Below the pieces are notes generated by a model. The model saw only the letters and a program-made list of their open reading frames with translations, had not been told where the DNA came from and ran no database searches. The position numbers were made by a program, and so were the translations under genes. This document shows positions 49,075 through 60,974 of a DNA stretch of 64,000 bases, one piece after another. The stretch is from a bacterium (GTDB lineage: Bacteria; UBA8248), in the NCBI GenBank assembly GCA_963692865.2, contig OY843592.1, positions 3,744,001 through 3,808,000 on the forward strand. The letters are read 5' to 3'. How positions within the stretch are numbered: the first letter of the stretch is position 1; each line of letters begins with the position of its first letter.

Positions 49075-49358
49075 GGGCCGTTGAAAAAGCCCTCCTGACA
49101 GGGTAAAGGCAACCCCCCCTACCCCCCTTGTCAGGGGGGTAAAAAAAACAACGCCTCTCGTCGGGGGGGGAGTAAATTCAAATCCCCCCTTGACGGTGTT
49201 GTTGAAAAACCTATCCCTCTCGCATCAACCACGTTTTACCCGTAGGTCGGACATATATGTCCGACATAGTATGCGGCCCGCATTGTGAAGGCGAAAAGGC
49301 AGGGCCGCATGATATGCGGCCCCTACACACTTCCTTCTCCGGCTTTCTCAACAGCCCC
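49075..49358. mobile_element. Compound MITE/REP element
   Basis: TIR-like ends at 49075, 49195 and 49344-49358, with an 85-bp REP doublet at 49242-49326. Confidence 0.65.
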
Positions 49359-49424
49359 ATACACGCGCCTTGCGCCCATGGAACCCCCGGGCTATATTCG
49401 TTCACGTCAATCGGAGGAAGGCGG

Positions 49425-49634
49425 ATGCCCGCATTCGAGGCGCTCCGCGCATCCAATCAATGCCGGGAGATTTCCAACTTGCGGAGGGAAGTCTCCAGCC
49501 TACGCAAAGAAATTTCCGATTTGAAATCGACAATACGCCGATCCGAGCAGGAGGCGGATATGCGCCGATTCGCATGGTGTGTGAGCCTAGGGGTATCCGG
49601 CTCGATCGTCGCCCTGGTCAAGCTCCTGCCGTGA
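49425..49634 (+). CDS. Small coiled-coil protein with C-terminal TM (DUF1640/CCDC90-like)
   Basis: Heptads EISNLRR/EVSSLRK/EISDLKS and a GSIVALVKLLP terminus. GGAGG RBS and its own promoter. Confidence 0.6.
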   Translation: MPAFEALRASNQCREISNLRREVSSLRKEISDLKSTIRRSEQEADMRRFAWCVSLGVSGSIVALVKLLP

Positions 49635-49672
49635 GTCGGACCGGCGCCTCCCCGCCTTCACGGTAACGAACG

Positions 49673-51589
49673 CTATTCCCTGATCCTGTACAAGAAAACC
49701 CGGCTTTTCGTACCCTTCAACAACCCCGAGTCCGCCGCCGCCACGACGAGGTCGTCGGAACCGTCGTTGTCCGCGTCGCCGAAGGCGAAATCCACGACTC
49801 CCCGGCCCAGTTTTCTGGAGCGCCAAGTCTCGGCCAGACCGCCGCCGTCCCACACCAGGCTCGCTATCTGCCCCCCCGAAACGCCCAGGCCCGGCGCGAT
49901 GGCGGCGGCGTACTCGTTGCGGATCACCAGCACCTCGTCCACCCCGTCCCTGTCCACGTCTTCGACCAGCACGCGCGAGCGTATGGGGAGGTCCGGCGTG
50001 TGCGCCCCGTCGCCCGTGGTCTCGGCCCTGGCCTCGGAGAAGAACTTATGGACGGGCGCGCCGTATTTTTCCGAACTGGAGTAGATGCTTTGCCCGCTCC
50101 TCGAGAACACCCTCAGCCTGTCGTCCTCGCCCACCTCGACCACCTCCAGCGCGCCGTCCCCGTTGACGTCCCAAAGGCCGAAGCCGAGAATCGTCAAGTC
50201 GGGCGGAAGCTGATAGGGGGCGGCGGGCGCGAGTTTCCCGCCCGACCAGCGATAGCTGCGGATGGGGCCTTCGAAAGCCCTGTCGATCCCCTCGCTCTGG
50301 CCCAGGAGCAGGTAGGCTTCCGAATCGGGCATCTTCGCGCCCCTCTCGGGCCGCCGGACGCGAAGGAGGCGGTAGAATGTCCTGTCGTTGCGGACGAGGG
50401 TCGTGAACTTGCCGCCCTTGAACTGCAGGATCATCGAGAACAACTCGTTCGAGCGGTAGGAGGCGAGGTAGAACTCGGGCGCGCCGTCTCCGTTCATGTC
50501 GGCGACGTCGAGCCAGCGGAAATCGTTCGCCGGCCCCCCGTCGAAGCGGGCGACCTCGCGCATGCGCCTCTCCCCGAAGCGGTAGACGGTGAGACGGGTC
50601 GGCGTGATGAGGACGACCTCGTTCTTCCCGTCGCCGTCCACGTCCGAGACGGACATCCCCCGGACGGCGACCTTGTCGAAAAGATAGCTCTTCACGCCGC
50701 CGGCCCCGCCGGGCGCGCCCTCTCGGGCGAGCACGAAGCTCTCGTTCGCGGGTCCCGCGCGCCCCCCGCCCGCGCCGCGCTTGAGCGCCTGTTCCCTGAG
50801 CGGGCCCTGCTCGAAGGGCAACTCGTCCGCAATCGCCACGGCCCGGAAGAGTTCCTTCTTCGTGGTGAGGGACAAGAGACGGGTGGAGAGAACCTTCTTC
50901 CCCCGGACTTCGCGCAGTTCGTTCTCGAGGGCCATGTCGCCCCGCACCTGGTTGCGCAGGCGGATGGGGTTCTCGTTTTTCAGGATTTCATCGGTGGCGA
51001 TGCCCGTCTCGAGCAGCCACACGTGGAGCCTGTCCACGTCGTAGACGTCGAAGCGCCCGCTCCCGAGGAGTTGGCGCCCGAGTTCCCTCGTGAGCGTCTC
51101 CATGCTGACGGACTCTTCCGTCCGGTTCACGAAGGGCAGCACCGCCAGGCGGATCTTCGAGGCGGACATGCGCACCGTGTCCTTCACGCGCGGGGAAAGC
51201 CGCCCGCCGGGCGCCAGGCGCGCCAGACGGGCGATGGAGAATTTCTCCCGCACCTCGACGACCTCGACCTCGCCTATCTCCTCTTCCAGCCTGCCGAGGA
51301 CGACGCCCGTCGTCGGGTGGCGGAACGGCGCGCCCTCGCGGTAGACGCCCAGCCTGGCGCCCTTGACCACCTCGTCCTTCTCGCCGAAGCTCAGGTAGAG
51401 GTCCGCTCCCCGGACGGCGACCACCGCGCCGCGCAGGTTCGGGAACCTCCCGCGCAGCTTGTCGCTGATGAGGCCCAGGGCCTTGCGGTAATCGTTCTCC
51501 TGGGCGTGAATCCCGCCTCCGGGCGCGCCGAGGAGAACCGCGAAAGCGGACAGGACGAGCAGCGCCTTCTTGACGACGTGCGAAAACAT
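49673..51589 (-). CDS. Exported protein with FlgT/CsgG-like N-terminal domains and VCBS/FG-GAP repeats
   Basis: Signal peptide, LAVLPF, and five D-x-(D/N)-x-D-G repeats (DVDGDG, DMNGDG, DVNGDG, DVDRDG, DADNDG). Confidence 0.78.
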   Translation of the reverse strand: MFSHVVKKALLVLSAFAVLLGAPGGGIHAQENDYRKALGLISDKLRGRFPNLRGAVVAVRGADLYLSFGEKDEVVKGARLGVYREGAPFRHPTTGVVLGRLEEEIGEVEVVEVREKFSIARLARLAPGGRLSPRVKDTVRMSASKIRLAVLPFVNRTEESVSMETLTRELGRQLLGSGRFDVYDVDRLHVWLLETGIATDEILKNENPIRLRNQVRGDMALENELREVRGKKVLSTRLLSLTTKKELFRAVAIADELPFEQGPLREQALKRGAGGGRAGPANESFVLAREGAPGGAGGVKSYLFDKVAVRGMSVSDVDGDGKNEVVLITPTRLTVYRFGERRMREVARFDGGPANDFRWLDVADMNGDGAPEFYLASYRSNELFSMILQFKGGKFTTLVRNDRTFYRLLRVRRPERGAKMPDSEAYLLLGQSEGIDRAFEGPIRSYRWSGGKLAPAAPYQLPPDLTILGFGLWDVNGDGALEVVEVGEDDRLRVFSRSGQSIYSSSEKYGAPVHKFFSEARAETTGDGAHTPDLPIRSRVLVEDVDRDGVDEVLVIRNEYAAAIAPGLGVSGGQIASLVWDGGGLAETWRSRKLGRGVVDFAFGDADNDGSDDLVVAAADSGLLKGTKSRVFLYRIRE

Positions 51590-51762
51590 ATCAAATCCTC
51601 ATGCGCAGAGATGCGCTCTCAAGAGACCCGGGGCGCGGCTTCGGACGATCAATCGGCCGTCGTTCGACATCGAAGACGGAAAGCCGCGACCACCCCCAAA
51701 TATACCGCGTAAGAGGCAGAAAGCAAGTTTCTCCCGCCCATCGCGAAAAGCCTTCGGGGGTT

Positions 51763-52081
51763 GTGTTGAAACAGCCTCCTGACAGGGTAAAGGCAACCCC
51801 CTTGAAGGGGAAACCCCATAAAGGCACCCCCCTACCCCCCCCCCGCCTCATCCTTCGATACGCGGCTTCGCCGCTACTCAGGATGAGGGTGCAGGTCGGA
51901 CATATATGTCCGACATATCATGCGACCCGGCCTTTTCTCGCCCCTCCGCAACGGGCCGCATGATATGCGGCCCCTACAGGGGAGCCGGCGCAGGAACAGG
52001 CCCTTGGCTGAGGAACAGGGCGGTTCGCGAACCGCCCCGGCGGAGAAATCGTAGCCGGACAGGCCCTTGGCCTGTTCGGGG
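51763..52081. repeat. Cluster of palindromic repeats (C/G-run hairpins, CTTCGATACG...TACTCAGGATGA element, REP doublet, other GTAG REPs)
   Basis: The element at 51853-51886 matches the one at 38691-38724. REP doublet at 51891-51977; gggcggttcgcgaaccgccc; gtagccggacaggcc-ctt-ggcctgttcgg. Confidence 0.8.
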
Positions 52082-52105
52082 TCTCCGCGCCCGCCCGGCC
52101 CGCTA

Positions 52106-52213
52106 TTGACAAGCCAAACCCGCGCATGTAGATCGCTCTTCGCCATTATCCGCTACGCCCGTAGGCGGGCGCGTATTTCAAGGCCCCTCACGGGACTCAC
52201 CCGTGGGGGGCCT
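52106..52213 (+). promoter_or_regulatory. Promoter and two-hairpin leader of the NYN gene
   Basis: TTGACA-17-TAGATC. Hairpins at 52156-52171 and 52181-52213; the second contains the G-run RBS. Confidence 0.55.
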
Positions 52214-52219
52214 ATCCAC

Positions 52220-52807
52220 CTGAAAACAGCAGTCCTTATCGATGGCGGCCATCTTCGCGTTCTTGCCCGGCGAGCCGGGTATCGTTACGATCCGGATTAC
52301 ATTGAGGCCGTTGCCCACGCTTGTGTCATCCCTGATGAAATTTTGCTCCGTGTTCTTTACTATGACTGCGCTCCTTACCAAGGCAGCCCCAAGCTGCCGG
52401 TCTCGGGTAAACCCGCCAATTTCCGCGGATCGGACGAATGGCTCAAAGCCCCCGCCGCCAGACCTTGCTTCGCCGTCCGCCTCGGCGCCCTGAAGTTCCG
52501 GGGCTTCGTGCCGAAGAAGACGCCCCTCGTCCGGGGCGCTCTTTCCGATCAAGACTTCAAGCCTCGATTCGAGCAGAAGGGGGTCGATATGCGAATCGGT
52601 CTCGACATCGCCACCTACGCAACCAACCGGTCGGTAGAACGGATTATTCTGATCAGCGGAGACACCGACTGTTTGCCGGCCTTGAAGTTCGCCCGCATTG
52701 CCGGCCTCCAGATCGTGCTCGTTCAATTTCCGCAACAACAGTTCGCGCAAGAATTACTTTGGCACTCGGACTTCCAAAGACAAGTCAAGTGGCCTGAACA
52801 ACAATAG
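52220..52807 (+). CDS. NYN (LabA/DUF88, PIN-like) domain ribonuclease; probable CTG start
   Basis: AVLIDGG, RVLYYDC, EQKGVDMRIGLD and SGDTDCLPA motifs. Confidence 0.85.
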   Translation: MKTAVLIDGGHLRVLARRAGYRYDPDYIEAVAHACVIPDEILLRVLYYDCAPYQGSPKLPVSGKPANFRGSDEWLKAPAARPCFAVRLGALKFRGFVPKKTPLVRGALSDQDFKPRFEQKGVDMRIGLDIATYATNRSVERIILISGDTDCLPALKFARIAGLQIVLVQFPQQQFAQELLWHSDFQRQVKWPEQQ

Positions 52808-53402
52808 AAAGGCATTGAACGAGGCCTGTTCCGGGGTCGGGCTGACACACGGATCCGCCCCTGTAGTCGTCATCCAGGATGGTATTGCAGGCGGCGATTC
52901 CTCCCGCATCGGTCGAAATCGACCTCCCTCTCCGGTCGGAACCGACTCCTCGGGAGCGCCCCACACATATCATGCGGCACGGCCTTTTCCGCCCCTCCGA
53001 CGACGCGCCGCGCATTTCCCCGCATTTCGCGTCATGGGCGAGGCGGCGGCGCGTGGCAGGATCGCCCTCCGATACCGTGGGCCGTCCGTTTCCGAAAAAC
53101 GGGCGAATTCCCGTACAATAAGATAAATTCGGATAAAATTGGATAAATAAAGATAAATTTATTGAGGCCAAATAGCTGAAAATAAAGGCGTTCAGTCGTT
53201 TTTGCACGAAACGGCGCATGAGGGAAGGGATCGCGCCGAAAAGGCGTCCGCCTCTTTTTTGACGAAAACGTCCACCCGCCGGCGCGCCTCGTCAGAGCCG
53301 GGATAATCGGCCCGAAAGCCCGCGCGCAGGCGCCCCGTCCGCGCGGCGAACCCGGCCCGCAAGGGGTCTTCAAAAACGTCGAAACGCGGGGCGCGGCTCA
53401 AC

Positions 53403-55298
53403 TCAGGGCCGGGCGAGTCCCAGCTCCCTCATGAGCCTCGGGTGAAGCGGCGCGCCGAATTTCTCCGCCTCTCTCGCGTGTTTTCGGGCGCCGGCGCGGT
53501 CGCCCTCCAGGTACAGGGCCAGCGCCAGATTGTGATGGACGCCTCCGTGGCCGGGCTCGATCTTGAGCGCCGCCCTGAACTGCGCCGCCGCCAGCCGCCT
53601 CAAGCCCGCCTTGAGATAGAGCGTTCCCAGGTTGAAGCGCGCCTCCGCCAGCGCGGGTTTGAGGCTTACCGCCCGCTCGAAGCGCGGCCTCGCCAGATCG
53701 CCGCGACCGGCGCCCATATAGAGCGCCCCCAGCGCCAGGTGCGCCTCCGCGTTCGCGTCGTTCAGCCGCAGGGCGCGCTTCAGGGAAACCTCGGCGGCGG
53801 GCGCATCGCCGCTTTGCATCTGCGCTATGCCTAAATCCACCCAGGCGTAGTCGTAGACGGGATAGATGGCGACGGATTTCCTGAGCGGCGCGATGGCCTC
53901 GCGGAACCTGTTCCGGTCGATCAGGGCCTGCCCGTACACCCGGAGCGCGCGGGCGCTGTCGGGCGACACCTCCGCCGTTCGCCGCCAGAAACGAAGCGCG
54001 TCGCCCCACTCGTGGTTCCGCTTGAGCGTCAGCGCGCCGAAGAGCAGGCAGGCGGCTGCGAGCAGCGCCGCGCCGGTCCGCCAATCCTTTTCGGCGAGCA
54101 AGACGCCCACAGTAGGTACTACGGCGATCAGAAATCCCGCCGAGGGGATGTACATCACGCGCTCCGCCATGATGGTGCCCATGGGGATCAGCAGGTTGCT
54201 CACGGGCAGGTACGCGCCGATGAAAACGGCCAGACCGAAGGCGACCCACGGCATGGTCTTTCTCAAGCGCCAGGCGGCGTATAACCACGCCAGAAACATC
54301 AAGCCCCCCGCCGCCGCCCAGAGCGCGGCTTCGGCGCCTTCCACCGGAATCTGCGCGAAGGAATAATCCATGCTCAAGGGCCACGGCCAGACCAGGAGTT
54401 TGAAATAGCGGCCCAGAACGCCGACGGCGACGAAAATCCGCTCTCCGGCCGGCATCAGCGCCAGGACGTTGTCGAGCTTCGACGGCGGGTAGGGGCGCGC
54501 CAGCATCCCCAAAGCCGCGTATCGCATCCAAAGATAGACGATGAGCACGAGGACGAGCGCGAAGACGGCGATGAGCGTGCGCCCGAGAGGCGGGCGCTCG
54601 GCCTCTCCCGACGCATACCGGCCCCAGAGCCGCCACAACAAGACGCTGAACAGCAGGGCGACGCCGACTTCCTTGGAGAGCAGCGCGAAAAGACAAAGCG
54701 CGCACGCGAGGCCGACGGGCGCGAGCACGCCTCGATACGGGAGGCCTCCATCGCCTCCCCTCTCGCGGCTCCCCTGCGCAACGCCCGGTTTCGCCCCCGG
54801 CAGCGCGACGCCCATCAACAGGCCCAATCCCCCGAACACGCCGACGGCGGCCATCAGGTCGGCGCGCGCGACGACGGCGTTCACCGCTTCGGTATGGACC
54901 GGGTGGAGGGCGAACAGCAGGGAAACGGCCCCCGCCGCGTTGCGCGAAAGCCCGAAGCGGATGCACAGCCAGAACAGCGCGAGCGAGGCGAGGGCGTGAA
55001 GCAAGGCGTTGACGATTCTGTAACCCAGCGGATTCAGGCCGCCGAGCGCGTGGTTCAGCGCGAACGAGGCGATTGTGAGGGGCCGATAGAGGCGGTCTCT
55101 TCCCTCGTTCGTCTCGAGCACGGCCCAGTAGTCGCGCCGGAACGCTTCCAGCAGGCGGCCGCTCTCGCGGACGAGCGGATTCTCGCCGATGATGGCGACG
55201 TCGTCGTGCAGGAACGGGTTCGAAAACGCGCCCGCGAAGATGAGAAACGCGGATCCTGCGACGGCGCAGGCCCAACCCCATTTCACGAGCGAGCGCAT
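53403..55298 (-). CDS. TMTC-like GT-C glycosyltransferase with C-terminal TPR repeats
   Basis: HDD, YRPLT, HPVHTEAV..VVARADL, SKE, WPLSMDY and AERVMYIPS motifs, followed by several TPRs. Confidence 0.85.
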   Translation of the reverse strand: MRSLVKWGWACAVAGSAFLIFAGAFSNPFLHDDVAIIGENPLVRESGRLLEAFRRDYWAVLETNEGRDRLYRPLTIASFALNHALGGLNPLGYRIVNALLHALASLALFWLCIRFGLSRNAAGAVSLLFALHPVHTEAVNAVVARADLMAAVGVFGGLGLLMGVALPGAKPGVAQGSRERGGDGGLPYRGVLAPVGLACALCLFALLSKEVGVALLFSVLLWRLWGRYASGEAERPPLGRTLIAVFALVLVLIVYLWMRYAALGMLARPYPPSKLDNVLALMPAGERIFVAVGVLGRYFKLLVWPWPLSMDYSFAQIPVEGAEAALWAAAGGLMFLAWLYAAWRLRKTMPWVAFGLAVFIGAYLPVSNLLIPMGTIMAERVMYIPSAGFLIAVVPTVGVLLAEKDWRTGAALLAAACLLFGALTLKRNHEWGDALRFWRRTAEVSPDSARALRVYGQALIDRNRFREAIAPLRKSVAIYPVYDYAWVDLGIAQMQSGDAPAAEVSLKRALRLNDANAEAHLALGALYMGAGRGDLARPRFERAVSLKPALAEARFNLGTLYLKAGLRRLAAAQFRAALKIEPGHGGVHHNLALALYLEGDRAGARKHAREAEKFGAPLHPRLMRELGLARP

Positions 55299-55557
55299 GC
55301 GTCCTCTCTCATCCGTTGCCTGAACTATCGGGTTTCCCGCCAAGGCGCCGGCAGCCGCCCGGAAAAGAACGGCTGCCGCATGGAAAGGCTCCCGGTATGC
55401 GGCCCGGCTCAAGTAATTTCAGGGACATCCGAATCATCATGCCGCATCATGACAACAAAACCTCCGCCCCGCCAGCAGAAACGTCGATAAAATCGTCCAT
55501 CTCGTCCGCTTTTCCTTTTGACTCCCGGCGAAACGACTGCTAGTCTTTTCACTTACG

Positions 55558-55636
55558 AGTTCGCTGGGGGTGCCTTGCAGGCTGAGAACAAACCCTTCGA
55601 ACCTGAACCGGTTAGCGCCGGCGTAGGGAAGCGACA
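55558..55636 (+). ncRNA. TPP riboswitch
   Basis: GGGGTGC...GCTGAGA...ACCC...GAACCTGAACCGGTTAGCGCCGGCGTAGGGA upstream of thiC. The anti-SD ttctccgac can pair with gtcgggaga at the RBS. Confidence 0.95.
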
Positions 55637-55724
55637 GGTCTTCCAAATCCTCCGGTTTCCCTTCGCCGACATGTGAATAAAGAGGGTTCATCCCAGGGGA
55701 AAGCTTCATCCTTCTCCGACATGA

Positions 55725-57539
<1,815 letters not shown>

Positions 57540-57564
57540 TTCGCTTATACAAACAACCCGAACC

Positions 57565-57606
57565 AAACCCCGCTTGGGTTAAAACCCAGGCGGGGTTTTT
57601 GTTTTC
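57565..57606 (+). terminator. Intrinsic terminator after thiC
   Basis: aaaccccgcttgggtt-aa-aacccaggcggggttt followed by a T-rich tail. Confidence 0.85.
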
Positions 57607-57684
57607 ATTCGAAAATCAACACAAGACTTTGGCGCCGAATTGATGATAAATTTCTCTTATCGGACCAAGTCGAGGGGAGCCGTC

Positions 57685-58743
57685 ATGTCGCTGAGAATGG
57701 GCGTTTGGGCGCCGGTGTGGGGCACGTTTCTGGGGCGTGTCGAAAAGCCCGAGACGGTGAAGGAGGCCTCCTTCGAGCACAACGCGCGCTACATCCGGCG
57801 CGCGGAAGCGTTGGGCTTCGAGAGCACCCTGCTGCTGGACAGGAGCCTCAACAGCATCAAGGGCGTGGGCGCGCCGGTTCTGGAGGCCTGGATCACGGCG
57901 GCGGCGCTCGCGCCCATCACGGAGAAAATCGAGCTCATCGTCGCCGCCAAGAGCGCCTACCGCCACCCATCGCTCGTCGCCCAGATGGGGGCGAACATCG
58001 ACTGCATCAGCGGGGGGCGCTTCGCCATCAACATCGTCTCGGGCTGGTGGGGGCAGGAAAACGAGATGGCGGGCATCCCCTTCCCGCCGCACGATGAACG
58101 CTACGATCTGTCCGAAGAAGTCATGCGCATCCTCAAATCCTACTGGACGAAGGAGCGCTTCAGCTTCAAGGGCAGGTATTTCCAGATTACCGACGGCGTC
58201 ACCGCGCCCAAACCCGTCCGAAAGCCCTGGCCCACGTTTTATTTCGGGGGCGAATCGACCGCCGCCGTGAAGCTGGCCGGCAAGGCCGCGGACGTTTTCC
58301 TGTTCAACGGCCGTTCACTCGCAGAAGCGCGGGAGTTGATGGCCGCCGTGAACCATGAAGCGGAAGCAAATGACAGAACCATCCGCCACGGGATGAGCTC
58401 GTTCATCGTCTGCCGCGATACGGACGAGGAGGCCCGGTCGGAACTCGATCGCCTTTTCTCGCTCATCACCGAAACGCCCAGGCTCAAGGGCGTCGACAAG
58501 GCCGCCCAGCACAAGAAAACGAGCGCGAGAGGAGGCGGCGTGGGCTCGAACGGCGGCACGGCGACGGGCCTCGTCGGCTCGCCTGAAACCATCGCCGAGC
58601 GCATCATGGCGTTTCACGAGGCGGGTGTGGAGTTGTTCCTCCTCCAGTTCCATCCCATGTTCGAGGAGATGGAGCGCTTCGCGTCTGAGGTCATGCCGCT
58701 TTTGCCCCTGGGCGAGAAGGCGCCCGAGGCGGGGAAGGTCTAG
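57685..58743 (+). CDS. LLM class flavin-dependent oxidoreductase (SsuD/SfnG-like)
   Basis: AEALGFE, LEAW, ISGGRFAINIVSGW, HDERY, GGES and LVGSPETIA motifs. Confidence 0.9.
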   Translation: MSLRMGVWAPVWGTFLGRVEKPETVKEASFEHNARYIRRAEALGFESTLLLDRSLNSIKGVGAPVLEAWITAAALAPITEKIELIVAAKSAYRHPSLVAQMGANIDCISGGRFAINIVSGWWGQENEMAGIPFPPHDERYDLSEEVMRILKSYWTKERFSFKGRYFQITDGVTAPKPVRKPWPTFYFGGESTAAVKLAGKAADVFLFNGRSLAEARELMAAVNHEAEANDRTIRHGMSSFIVCRDTDEEARSELDRLFSLITETPRLKGVDKAAQHKKTSARGGGVGSNGGTATGLVGSPETIAERIMAFHEAGVELFLLQFHPMFEEMERFASEVMPLLPLGEKAPEAGKV

Positions 58744-58750
58744 TTCCCGT

Positions 58751-59227
58751 TCACTCCAGCGATACGCGCGCGCCCAGCCCGAAGCCGTTTCTGAGAAACC
58801 AGCCCTGGTTCACCTCCAGCACCCGGCGAACCTTGTTTCGCGAGCGATAGGAGGGAATCCGCGTCCCCGGCCTGTGGGGCTGCAAGTGGATGATTTCCAA
58901 CACCTTTCCGTTCTTGTCGATGAAGGCGAGCGAAAGCGGAATCAGCGTGTTCTTCATCCAGAAAAAGCGCCTCGCATCATCCTTGTAAACGAAGAGCATA
59001 CCGGCGTTTTCGGCCAGCCGCTCCCGGCCCATGAGGCCCTGCGCGCGGGTGAGGGCGTCAGCGGCGATCTCGACCGAGAGCCTGGCCTCGCGCCCCTCCT
59101 GGGTGACCCGCGCCACTCCCTTTTCGAACGTCTGGGCGGCGGCGGATGAGGGCGCGAGCAACGCCCATGCGAGCGCCGCGGCGCGGGCAAAGCCGATCCT
59201 TGAAATCGATCTCACGGATAACCTCAT
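58751..59227 (-). CDS. DUF192 domain exported protein
   Basis: VEIA...RAQGLMGR...GMLFVY...FWMKNTLIPL...VLEVNQG. Confidence 0.92.
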   Translation of the reverse strand: MRLSVRSISRIGFARAAALAWALLAPSSAAAQTFEKGVARVTQEGREARLSVEIAADALTRAQGLMGRERLAENAGMLFVYKDDARRFFWMKNTLIPLSLAFIDKNGKVLEIIHLQPHRPGTRIPSYRSRNKVRRVLEVNQGWFLRNGFGLGARVSLE

Positions 59228-59629
59228 ATGGAACAGCTACTTAAAGGGACACGCGAGGAGCGCCGCCCGGAGAAATTCGACCCCGCATTTCCCCGCATTT
59301 GCCGTCATCGCCGGCGCAGCGGACTATGGCAGAATTCTCCCGTGCTGCGCTCCGGCGGCGGCGTTTCCCAAGAAATAAATCCTCATTTATTTGTCGAAAA
59401 ACATCGTGAATTTATCCAATTTTATACAATTTCATCCAATTTTTCAGAAATTCGTTTCCCGGTTCGACAACCCTCGCGCAGCGCCGCCATACCCGGCCCG
59501 CAGCCTCGCCGCCGCGGGCGAATGCGGGAAAACGCGCGCCCGGTTCCGGGCGAAGCGGGAGGATTCGACCCGCCCGGGACAGGAGGCCGCCCGAGCCTCG
59601 CGGGAACGCCCCCCGCGCCTGCCGCTCCA

Positions 59630-59944
59630 GGGGTTGTTGAAAAACCCCTCCTCGCTCGGAATTGACCACCGCCGTCATTCCGGCGAAAGCCGGAATCCAT
59701 TTTCAAGCAGAATGACAATACTTCGGCTTTTCATCTCCTCGTCATTGGCGGGAGCCAATCAGGAAAAAACAAAGGCAAAACAAACAAATGGATTCCGGCT
59801 TTCGCCGGAATGACGAACAAAACCGAACCGCCTCGAAAGGACAGGCCGCGACCTCGAAAAGGCGAAAGGGCCTGTCCGCTACGCACCCCCTCCCCGGTTG
59901 GTTCCATTCACCAAATCACGAAAACGGGCTTTTTCAACAACCCC
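59630..59944. mobile_element. MITE with an inverted GTCATTCCGGCGAAAGCCGGAATCCA pair
   Basis: Perfect 15-bp TIR GGGGTTGTTGAAAAA/TTTTTCAACAACCCC, TSD CTCCA at 59625-29 and 59945-49. Confidence 0.88.
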
Positions 59945-60491
59945 CTCCAGGGCGGGTAGAGCGGTCCGCTTCCACGGCAAGTTCGGCCTCGCTCCTCATT
60001 CCGGCGCATGTCGAAACAGCGGCAACCCCGAAGTTCCCTCATGGTTTCCCGCGCTTGTCCCTGCCCCGGGTCGCCGCCCGTCAGGACAAGCGCGGCGCGG
60101 TGGCCCGTCCCGGCGGCCGGGACGCAAGATTCGCCGGGCGGCGCGGGGGCGCCGGACTTCCCGAAGAGGGGAGTTCGACCGTTGCCGCCCTTGCGATGAG
60201 AAAACTCCGGGCGGCAAGAATTGAATCTCGCCGCTGCGTCAGGATGGAGAATGACGAGGCTTCGCAGGGCCGGGACGGTTTGGGCCGCGCGCGTTCGCAT
60301 CAAAACCCGTTCAATGGGAGAATACCTCACCAAAGTCTCACGGAACTCGCGAAAGGGCCGGAAGCGGCGCCTGAACCCCCGGGCGGGCGTCCCGATTCGG
60401 GCGCGCGGCGGTGGGGCATCCACCGGGGTTCGGCGGGCGCGCTCCCGAAGCCCCCGCTCATTCATCCCGCCGCGGACAGGGAGGAACCACA

Positions 60492-60959
60492 ATGGCCGGA
60501 GACCATCATCACTTCATGGGGCTGGCGCTCGGGGAATCGCGTCTTGCGCTCGAGGCGGGGAACCCGCCCGTCGGCTCGATCATCGTCAGGGACGGAGAGG
60601 TGATCGGCAGGGGGCAGAACCGCGCCGTCTCCCGCAACGACCCCACCTGCCACGGCGAGACCGACGCCATCCGGAACGCATGCCGGGCGCTGGGCGCTCC
60701 CGATCTCCCCGGCTCGACGCTCTACACGGCGATGGAGCCCTGCCCGATGTGCTGCTGGGCCATCGTCCTGGCGAAGGTCGAAACGCTCGTCCTGGGCGCG
60801 CGCCACGCGGAAATGGGGCGAACCGACTACGGCGACTATTCCGTCGAGAAACTCCTGGACATGGGGAACCAGACCGTCGAGCTCGTCACGGGGGTCCGGG
60901 TGGCCGAATGCGAGGCGCTCCGGCGCAGCTGGTCGGGGTGGGTGGAGCCCGAAGCGTAG
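60492..60959 (+). CDS. Nucleoside deaminase (TadA/guanine deaminase-like)
   Basis: NPPVGSII, DPTCHGE and EPCPMC motifs. Confidence 0.9.
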   Translation: MAGDHHHFMGLALGESRLALEAGNPPVGSIIVRDGEVIGRGQNRAVSRNDPTCHGETDAIRNACRALGAPDLPGSTLYTAMEPCPMCCWAIVLAKVETLVLGARHAEMGRTDYGDYSVEKLLDMGNQTVELVTGVRVAECEALRRSWSGWVEPEA

Positions 60960-60974
60960 CCTTCGAGCGAAAAC

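Noticed and set aside
60160-60220. yybP/Mn-type riboswitch upstream of the deaminase
   Set aside because: Only a GGGGAGT-like word and one hairpin (ttgccgccc/gggcggcaa) are present. The rest of the consensus is missing and it is far from the start codon.
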